Source: Dehalococcoidia bacterium
GTDB lineage: Bacteria > Chloroflexota > Dehalococcoidia > SM23-28-2 > RBG-16-64-32
Direction of reading: 5' to 3'
Length of the DNA: 64,000 nucleotides
Assembly: GCA_963665775.2 (NCBI GenBank)
Contig: CAXXTF010000002.1
Coordinates: 1,429,300 to 1,493,299 of the forward strand
Of the stretch, positions 30,284 through 38,194 are shown piece after piece. Every line of letters begins with the position of its first letter. Position 1 is the stretch's first letter. The notes beneath the pieces were generated by a model. That model was not told where the DNA came from, searched no databases, and saw nothing but the letters and a program-made list of their open reading frames with translations. A program made the translations under genes and the position numbers.

Positions 30284-30329
30284 CTTCCCAAGCAGAGGGC
30301 CGTGGGTTCGATCCCCATCGCCCGCTCCA
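30284..30329 (+). tRNA. 3' half of tRNA-Gly(CCC), att-like direct repeat
   Basis: CTTCCCAAGCAGAGGGCCGTGGGTTCGATCCCCATCGCCCGCTCCA; 44/46 identical to 10588-10633. Confidence 0.88.
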
Positions 30330-30523
30330 GATATACAATCGTCGAAATTCTGCCACGTCCTGGGGGACATGGCAGTGGTGATTCCTAGGATCCCACACCA
30401 TCCTCATCGACCAGGACCCGTAGCGCCAGACGATAGCCTAACCTGCATACTCGGGTCATCGATGGGCGCGTTGCGGTGTCTCGATAAGGGCTTACGTGCC
30501 GCGATTTTCTTTGACTTACTAAG

Positions 30524-32234
30524 CCCGAATCCACCGAAGGACGGCCTTGGGGACAGTCCTTGAAGAAGCCATCGGGTGCTCCTCTGAATCTGGGATAATG
30601 GTTTTGGAACAGAAACCAGCCCGGAAACAAGGAGCACCCAATAGATGCTGCCACAGAACAAACCCGACCGTATCCGCATCCTCTTTGACGACCATCGCCT
30701 GGTGGCCAATGCCGGCCTGCTCCTGCCAGCCACCCTAGCCCGGCACCTGGGCCTGCGGGAACTCGTCGACCATCACCTTGACCTCGGCGGAGCGCCGGGA
30801 CGGGCGAACACTGGGGACAAGATGCTGACGCTGGTCGCTTCCGCGCTGGCAGGCGGCGACTGCATCGACGACGCCGATGCGCTGCGCGCTGGTGGGACGG
30901 TCGGTGTTCTAGGCTGCGTGGTCAAGGCGCCATCCACCCTGGGGACCTTCCTGCGCAGCTTCCGGTGGGGGCATGTCCGTCAACTCGACCGCGTGAGCCG
31001 CCAGTTGTTGGCCCGGGCCTGGGCCGCTGGGGCCGGACCCGGCGACTCGCCCCTGACCATCGACCTGGACTCGACCATCTGCGAGACCTATGGACTGGCC
31101 AAGGAGGGAGCGCGCCACCACGGCTATACCGGCGCCCGCGGCTATCACCCGCTGCTGGCCATTGCCGCCGGCACCGGCGAGGTGCTGATGTCCCGGCTGC
31201 GCGAGGGCCGGGCCAACACCGCCCGTGGCGCCGCCCACTTCCTGCGTGAGACGGTGGGGCGGGTGCGCTACGGCGGGGCCAGGGGACAACTCACGGTGCG
31301 GGCCGACAGCGGCTTCTACGCCCACACTGTCGTTGCCGCCTGCCGGGAAATGGATGTCCGCTTCTCTATCACCATCCGCCAGCGCGCCAGCCTGCGGGAC
31401 CTGATCGAGGCGATACCAGAGGAGGACTGGACTCCCATTCCCTACTGGATGGACGGCGCCGCCGATGTCGCCGAGACGACTTACACCCCGTTCCAGACCA
31501 AGCCGGACGCCGCGCCGGTGCGGCTCATTGTCCGGCGGGTGAAGCCGACGCCCGGTTCCCAGCTCGCCCTCTTCGCCAGATACAGCTATCACGCCTTCAT
31601 CACCGACCGCGATGGGGAGACGCTGGAACTGGAGGCCGATCATCGCCGCCACGCCGAGGTCGAGAACGCCATACGCGACCTCAAGTACGGCGTCGGGCTG
31701 AACCACATGCCGTCGGGGCGCTTCGCCGCCAACGGCGCCTGGCTGGCGGTCCAGGTGATGGCGCATAACCTGGCCCGCTGGACAGCCCGCATCGGCCTGG
31801 GTCAGCAGATCGTGACCACCAAGACCCTCAGGCGGCGGGTCTTCGCTCTCGTGGGACGGATCACCCGCTCGGCGCGCCGCCTCACTTTGCATCTCCCCCG
31901 GCGCTGGCCTTGGGAAACCCAGTTCAGTCGCGCCTTGGCCCGGCTGCAAGCCATTCCATTCCCGGCCTGACGGCCAGCCTGCAACTGACCCAACGTCCCC
32001 GCAATCTCGCGCCACCCCGGTCGCGAGAGTCCCCTGCTGCGTATCCTCTCGCCATCCCGCGCATCGCAACTCCCGCATAGGGCCTTAGGGGCCCTGTGCG
32101 GCGACTGAAGACCGTCCGCCGGCCTCCCATCTACCCCAAGATCCAAGACCCCAGGCCATCTCCCTTGTAGCTCCCTCACCCACCCCCTTCCGCTGTCCTC
32201 ACGCCGTCCATCCGTGTCCTTCGGTGGATTCGGG
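30524..32234 (+). mobile_element. IS1380-family insertion sequence, complete
   Basis: Perfect 19-bp TIR CCCGAATCCACCGAAGGAC; 5-bp direct repeat CTAAG at 30519-30523 and 32235-32239. Confidence 0.93.
30645..31970 (+). CDS. IS1380-family transposase
   Basis: IDLDST, GYHPL, LREGRA, VRADSGFY, ENAIRDLK, AHNL. Confidence 0.95.
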   Translation: MLPQNKPDRIRILFDDHRLVANAGLLLPATLARHLGLRELVDHHLDLGGAPGRANTGDKMLTLVASALAGGDCIDDADALRAGGTVGVLGCVVKAPSTLGTFLRSFRWGHVRQLDRVSRQLLARAWAAGAGPGDSPLTIDLDSTICETYGLAKEGARHHGYTGARGYHPLLAIAAGTGEVLMSRLREGRANTARGAAHFLRETVGRVRYGGARGQLTVRADSGFYAHTVVAACREMDVRFSITIRQRASLRDLIEAIPEEDWTPIPYWMDGAADVAETTYTPFQTKPDAAPVRLIVRRVKPTPGSQLALFARYSYHAFITDRDGETLELEADHRRHAEVENAIRDLKYGVGLNHMPSGRFAANGAWLAVQVMAHNLARWTARIGLGQQIVTTKTLRRRVFALVGRITRSARRLTLHLPRRWPWETQFSRALARLQAIPFPA

Positions 32235-32326
32235 CTAAGGGATGATATAGTACTCGCCGTGAAGCGGCATGCGCGCCCTGCACCATGCCGCTGGATCGAT
32301 GTTTCCGCACACTGATTGGGGGAGTT

Positions 32327-33691
32327 ATGTCAACCCGGAAGTATGACGTGATCGTAGCCGGCGGAGGGACAGGGAGGGACATCGTCCTGGCTGCTCACGC
32401 CCAGGGTCTTAAGGTAGCTCTGATCGAAAAGGGACCGTTAGGCGGCACGTGTCACAACCGCGGCTGCATGCCTTCGAAGATGCTCATCCACAGTGCCGAC
32501 GTGGCTGAAACCGTCAGGAGCGGTGAGCGATTCGGGATCAAAGCTCAGATAGAGCACATCGACTTTCCTTCGATCGTGAAGAACGTGTTCGCCGTCTTGG
32601 ACGAGGAGACGAGGGAGCGGGAGGAGGCTTTGAGAGGCTCTTCCAACGTCACGTTCTATCAGACCGAGGGAAAATTCATCGGCCCTAAGACGATGCGGGT
32701 TGGGGAGGAGGAGATCACAGCGGACAAGGTTTTCATCTTTGGCGGCACCAAACCTACGGTTCCGAGAATAAAAGGGCTGGAAACTGTCCCTTACATGACG
32801 AGCGATGAAGCGCTCCGCTTGGAAGGACAGCCCAGGCGGCTGGCGATTATAGGAGGCGGCTACGTTGCGGCTGAGCTCGCCCACTTCTTTGGCTCACTGG
32901 GCACGGAGATAACAGTTCTTGCTCGGGGAGACCGGCTTCTCGATCGGGAGGACGCCGAGATCTCCGGATGGTTCTCACGTGAATTTTCAGCGAGGTACAG
33001 GACGATCCTCAACACGGAGACAGAGGAGCTCTCCCGGAAGGGCAGCGATATTGAGATAAAGCTCAGGGCAAGCGACAGGACAGCTGTGGCCGATCAGATT
33101 CTCTTCGCCACCGGCAGAAAGCCCAACACTGATATCTGGGACGTTCCGGCAACCGGTGTTGAGCTGGACGAGAAGGGTTTCGTCAAGGTCAACAAGTACC
33201 TTGAAACGAACGTCGCGGGCGTGTGGGCTCTTGGCGACATAGTGGGGGGTATGCCTCTCAAACACGTCGCCGTCCGACAGGCCAAGCACGTTATACGAAA
33301 CGTCTTCTTCAGTGAGAGAAAGCCGATGCGTTACGGCGCGATTCCCCATGCGGTGTTCAGCTCGCCGCAAGTAGCAGCGGTGGGAAAGACCGAAGACGAG
33401 CTGAAGAAGGAAAACATTCCATACAAAGTAGGAAGGTACGAGTTCAAGAACACAGGCATGGGTATGGCGCTGAAGGAAAACGGGCTGGTGAAGGTGCTGG
33501 CGAGCGAGACGGATGACATTCTGGGATGTCACATCGTGGGGCCGGACGCATCCTGCCTAATCCAGGAGGCGGTAGTCGCCATGAATACGACGGGGAAGCT
33601 GGACGCCATTATCGACGCCGTTCACGCTCACCCCGCGCTACCTCAGGTCGTCGAAGAAGCCTTCAAGTCGGCGAAGGCAGCCACGGTTTAG
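32327..33691 (+). CDS. Flavoprotein disulfide reductase (dihydrolipoyl dehydrogenase/mycothione reductase family)
   Basis: GGTCHNRGCMPSK redox motif, IGGGYVAAE, ATGRKPN, WALGD, HAHP. Confidence 0.9.
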   Translation: MSTRKYDVIVAGGGTGRDIVLAAHAQGLKVALIEKGPLGGTCHNRGCMPSKMLIHSADVAETVRSGERFGIKAQIEHIDFPSIVKNVFAVLDEETREREEALRGSSNVTFYQTEGKFIGPKTMRVGEEEITADKVFIFGGTKPTVPRIKGLETVPYMTSDEALRLEGQPRRLAIIGGGYVAAELAHFFGSLGTEITVLARGDRLLDREDAEISGWFSREFSARYRTILNTETEELSRKGSDIEIKLRASDRTAVADQILFATGRKPNTDIWDVPATGVELDEKGFVKVNKYLETNVAGVWALGDIVGGMPLKHVAVRQAKHVIRNVFFSERKPMRYGAIPHAVFSSPQVAAVGKTEDELKKENIPYKVGRYEFKNTGMGMALKENGLVKVLASETDDILGCHIVGPDASCLIQEAVVAMNTTGKLDAIIDAVHAHPALPQVVEEAFKSAKAATV

Positions 33692-33734
33692 AGAGAGCAG
33701 GCGTAGCAGACTTCCCGACCTCCCTCGCGCGCGG

Positions 33735-35063
33735 TCAATCCGTGATCCGTAGGGGCTCCACCTGTTCCGGCCCCGGCCGGTAGAGCCGGCGCCTTGGCGT
33801 TGGTCGCATCTCGTACATGTTGGTGCGCTCAGCCGCGTTCAGGAGGATCGGCATGAAATCCTCGCCGCGGACCTGGCCGAGCACGCCGCTCGCCGCCACT
33901 CTCTCGCCGAACTCCGCCACCGAGTCCACACGTACGTTCCCGCCGCGGACAGCGATAGGCACGCTCTCGCCGCTGTGCTGGTCGGAGAACTGTCCCCGAG
34001 CCTGACCTGCCCACACGGACGGGGTGGTGTGGTCCGTCGTTAGGACGGTGATGAGATCACGGTGGCCGGCGATCTCCTCCCAGTAGTACCCCATCCCCCT
34101 GTCCAGCGCCTCGATCACCTCGCGGACGCGCTCCGGCTCGTTGTCGTGCGACATCGGGTCAGGATACTTGGAGTGCAGATGGACGAACTCGAACCCCTGC
34201 GCCAGGAGTTCGCGGACCCGCCTCAGCCGCCGCCGCAGGTCGCCCTCGGGGTCCTCGCCCTAGATCTGCTCCAGGTGGAACCCCGCCTCGATCATGAGGC
34301 CGGACACCACCTCTTCGTCGGGAATGCTGGCCGCGCGCATGCCCCAGCGCTCCGCGAACGGCTCGTAGGCGGGCTTCAGGCCGGCCCACTTCGTGATCAG
34401 GCAGTTGATCGGCGGCTCGCCGTCCCGGGAGGCCGAGTGCGAGGCGAGCTGACCGTGGGCCCAGCGGAGGTATCGGTTCAGCGCCTCCGCCGTCCACCCC
34501 GCTAGCTCGGGATCGGTGGCCTCGGCGCGGGGCTTCGCCCGCAGGACGGGGAGGTCCAGACCCAGCGGATCGGTGTCCGTCAGCTGGTAGGAAGCCCCGC
34601 CCTCGATGAACAGGGTACCGTCGCCCCGGCCGCCATAGCTGTAGCGGAACGTCAACCCCTCCACCTCAAGGGTCACGATCGCCTCCGCCAGCGCCTCGCA
34701 CGCCGCCTCCCGCCCCTGGACGAAGCGCTGCACCAGCCGCAGATGGCCGTCCGCCTCCCGCACCGCGGAGGCGAAGCGCGCGGCCAGCACGACGGCCCCA
34801 TCCGGTATCGCCAGCCCTCGCGCCGTTGCAAGCAGCGGCCCGCGGTCCGGGAACTCCTCCTCCGGATAGCCGAACATCAGGTGCAGGGCGAGGGGGCTGC
34901 CCAGCGGATACCCCGGGGACTTAGGGTGGAGCAGGCCGTTGATCCCTTCCGCGGCCAGGCGGTCCAGGTTGGGCGTGCGGGCTGCCTCAAGGGGGGTCTT
35001 GCCGCCCAGTTCCGGGGCTGGACGGTCCGCCAGACCGTCGAAGATTACCAGAAGGATCCGCAC
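33735..35063 (-). pseudogene. apgM: ApgM-like cofactor-independent phosphoglycerate mutase interrupted by one in-frame TAG (34260-34262)
   Basis: DGLADRP..TPNLD, GS, then EQI*GEDP..FVHLHSKYPDPMSHD, TDHTTP, HSGESVP, all in one frame. Confidence 0.8.
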
Positions 35064-35068
35064 TACGG

Positions 35069-35608
35069 TCAGCGCCCCTGCTGGATCCGGCGGATCACCC
35101 TCGCCACGGCGGGCGGCACCAGCTCTTCCCAGTCCTCACCGCTCACCATCCGCCTGCGAATCTCCGTCGCCTCGATGGCCTTGGATATACCCGGGTGCAG
35201 CACCTCCACCCGGTAGCCCTGCTCGCGCAGCCGGTCCACCTTCGCCTGCTCCCAGGGGGAGAACACTCTCAGGTAGTGGACCACCTCCGGCGGCAGATAG
35301 TAGCGCCATCTCTCCGGGGCGTGCACCGGGAAGGGTATGATCAGCAGGCGTTCCAGCGGGATGCCTTCCTCGATGAGCACCTCCCGTATCATGACCGACC
35401 GCTGGAAGAAGGTGAAGGGGTTGGACTCTGGCAGGTGACGGTGCTCGCTTGTCGCCTCCTCGGATATCTGGGTCGGGTCGGCGTTGGTGATCCCGATGAC
35501 CATGTTCTGGCTCCGGCTTTCCGCCGCCCGGAGGTACTCCAAGTGCCCGTTGTGGAACGGCTGAAAGCGCCCGTGGATCATGCCGAACTGCGGCTTCTCG
35601 GCGGACAT
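35069..35608 (-). CDS. HIGH-family nucleotidyltransferase (NadM/cytidyltransferase-like)
   Basis: HGRFQPFHNGH, NPFT, ATEIRR..WEELVPPAV. Confidence 0.88.
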   Translation of the reverse strand: MSAEKPQFGMIHGRFQPFHNGHLEYLRAAESRSQNMVIGITNADPTQISEEATSEHRHLPESNPFTFFQRSVMIREVLIEEGIPLERLLIIPFPVHAPERWRYYLPPEVVHYLRVFSPWEQAKVDRLREQGYRVEVLHPGISKAIEATEIRRRMVSGEDWEELVPPAVARVIRRIQQGR

Positions 35609-35612
35609 CGGA

Positions 35613-36659
35613 TCAGGGAAGTACGGTAACGCCCTCGCCGGCGGCGATCTCGCCCACGCGCCAGACGGGAAGCCCCTCCCTGGCGAAGCCGCTCTCCACC
35701 GCTGGGGCTTTCTCCTCTGCCACAGCGAACAACAGCCCCCCGGAGGTCTGCGGATCGTACAGCAGATGGGCCAGCTCCGCCGTCACCTCCGGCGAGATGC
35801 TGACCTTATCCTGGAGGTACTTGCGGTTGCGCGCCGCGCCCCCGGTCACTATCCCCCGATAGGCGTAATCCAGAGCGCCCGGCAGGAGCGGGACCTCGCT
35901 GGCGAACAGGCGCATCTCCACACCGCCCGCCGTCGCCATCTCGTAGCCGTGGCCGAGGATCCCGAACCCGGTGACGTCGGTCATGGCACGCGCCTCCACC
36001 TCCCGCACGATGTGGGATGCGCATCGGTTCAGCAGCGTCATGCTGCTGATGGCGGCCTCCAGGTGCTCCGGCTCCGCCTCATCAAACTTGGCGGCCGTGG
36101 TGACGATGCCGATGCCCAGGGGCTTGCTCAGGTAAAGCACATCGCCGGGCCGGGTGCCCGCCTTCGTGAACACGTGCTGCGGGTGCACCAGCCCCATCAC
36201 GCAGAGCCCGTACTTCGGCTCCGAGTCGATGATCGTGTGTCCGCCGGCGATGACGGCACCCGCTTCCGTCACCTTGTCGGCGCCGCCGCGGATGATCTCG
36301 GCCACCACGTCGGGGTCAAGGTCCTCCGGGAAGGCGGCGACGTTAAGGGCGAGGGTGACCTCCGCCCCCATGGCGTAGATATCGCTCATGGCGTTGGCCG
36401 CGGCCAGGGCCCCGTACTGGTAGGGGTCGTCCACCAGAAGAGCGAAGAAGTCCACCGTGAGCACCACCGCCTGGTCATCGCTCAGCTTGTACACGGTGGC
36501 GTCGTACGGCGCGGCCAGGCCGACCAGGAGGCCCATGGGCTGGCCGTTCTACATTCCGGCCAGGTACCTCAATACGCGGGAAAGGTCCTCCGCCCCGGTC
36601 TTGGACGCGCAGCCGGCGCGGGCTGCCAGTTCTGTGAGGCGCACGGGATTCGTCACCAT
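35613..36659 (-). pseudogene. selD: Selenophosphate synthetase SelD (Cys form) interrupted by one in-frame TAG (36549-36551)
   Basis: MVTNPVRLTELAARAGCASK...AGM*NGQPMGLLVG, TVDFF, NAMSDIYAMG, GGHT, TDVTGFGILGH, DPQTSGGLL. Confidence 0.88.
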
Positions 36660-36985
36660 GGCGGCCTCCCTTCCAAGGCACTACGGCACTTCCGAATTTT
36701 GGTACCGTCAGTAGATGCTACGCACGGGGTGCGTCAGCAGATGATCGGGCTGGTAGCAGCCCATTCTACGTTGCCTGGTGCAAGTTTTCAAGCGGTGTGA
36801 TGTGTCCGCGTAGCGTTCCCACCCGTCGCCGAGACCGCTGGGCTGCCCCTGGTGAAGCTGCGGCGGGCGTCGTGGCGCGATTGACAGCGTCCTGGCTCTG
36901 CCGGACAATCTCAGCGACGATCCACGGCAATCGGGCGTTATCCGACCCACGTATCCCATAGAGAAGGCGGGAATGACGACCGCCC

Positions 36986-37323
36986 TCACGGCCCGCCCCC
37001 CTCCCTCCCACCTGACCCAGCGCCCGCCCGGCGCGCATACCCATCTTCGTCCAGGCGGACGAATGCCAGCCTCGGTGCGAGCAGGGCCGATAGCTTCTCG
37101 CTTAGGCCGGTGCGGGAGAACCGCCCTAAGGATTCGCGGGCGAGCTCCCGGAACCGTTCGTCGTCCAGGTCACTCGGGGCGAGACCGATGACGCAGACCC
37201 GCCGCCGCATCGTAGCGCTGCCGCCGCTAGGTTGTAAAGGGCGGGCAGGAGCTTGCGGCGTGACAGGTCGCCGAACGCCCCCACCACGACCACATCCTGG
37301 GGCGCTGGCGGTTCAAGGCTCAT
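36986..37323 (-). pseudogene. zwf: Truncated, frameshifted glucose-6-phosphate dehydrogenase
   Basis: VVVGAFGDLSRRKLLPALYNL, then in another frame VIGLAPSDLDDERFRE; the rest of the enzyme is missing. Coupled to the gnd stop. Confidence 0.8.
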
Positions 37324-38189
37324 TGTCCCTTCACGGCGTGCCCGCCGAACTCGTTGCGCAGGGCGGCGATCACTCTCATCGCGAAGGAGTCCTCCTGCCG
37401 CGAGGCGAAGCGGGCGAACAGGCTGGCGGCGATCGTGGGCGCCGGGACGTTCTCGTTGATCGCCTCGAACACCGTCCAGCGCCCTTCGCCGGAGTCCTCC
37501 ACGTAGCCGCGGATCTGGGACAGGTCCGGGTCCTTGTCGAAGGCGCTCTCCGCCAGCTCCAGCAGCCAGGAGCGGACGACGCTGCCGTGGTTCCAGAGAG
37601 CGGCGATCTGATGCAGGTCCAGATCGAACTGCGAGGCGTCCAGGATCTCGAACCCCTCGGCGTAGGCCTGTAGCATCGCGTACTCGATGCCGTTGTGTAC
37701 CATCTTGGTGAAGTGACCGGCGCCCGCGGGGCCTACGTGGGCGTAGCCGTCCTCCGGGGCAAGTGTCTTTAGGGCCGGCTCGATGTGGCGGAACGCCTCG
37801 TCGCTGCCGCCGACCATGAGGCAGTAGCCTATCTGCAGGCCCCAGATGCCGCCGGAGGTCCCGGCGTCCATGAACAGCAGCCCCTTCTTCTCCAGCTCGG
37901 CGCCGCGCCTCATGCTATCGCGGAAGTTGGAGTTGCCGCCATCGATAATGAGGTCCCCCTTGTCAAGCAGGCCCGTGAGTTCCTGGATGGTCTGCTCCGT
38001 GGGGTCACCGGCGGGCACCATCACCCAGGCCGCCCGCGGAGCCGTGAGCCTATCCACAAGCTCAGAGAGCGAACCGACGTCCGAGACCTCGGAATTGCGG
38101 TCGTAACCGATCACCTCGTGGCCGCCGCGGCGCAGCCGCTCCCTCATGTTGCCGCCCATGCGGCCAAGCCCGATCATGCCTAGTTGCAT
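37320..38189 (-). CDS. gnd: 6-phosphogluconate dehydrogenase (decarboxylating, short form)
   Basis: GLGRMGGNM, IDGGNS, GTSGG, KMVHNGIEY, DSGEGRW, RNEFGGH. Confidence 0.96.
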   Translation of the reverse strand: MQLGMIGLGRMGGNMRERLRRGGHEVIGYDRNSEVSDVGSLSELVDRLTAPRAAWVMVPAGDPTEQTIQELTGLLDKGDLIIDGGNSNFRDSMRRGAELEKKGLLFMDAGTSGGIWGLQIGYCLMVGGSDEAFRHIEPALKTLAPEDGYAHVGPAGAGHFTKMVHNGIEYAMLQAYAEGFEILDASQFDLDLHQIAALWNHGSVVRSWLLELAESAFDKDPDLSQIRGYVEDSGEGRWTVFEAINENVPAPTIAASLFARFASRQEDSFAMRVIAALRNEFGGHAVKGQ

Positions 38190-38194
38190 CGTTA

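Noticed and set aside
30909-32078. Long antisense ORFs (also 2458-3495, 26488-27639, 35580-36800, 39584-40561, 46067-46942)
   Set aside because: Shadow frames of well-supported genes in GC-rich DNA; no motifs.
36609-36611. Selenocysteine UGA in selD
   Set aside because: The active-site codon is TGC (GCASK); the interruption is a TAG 20 codons later.
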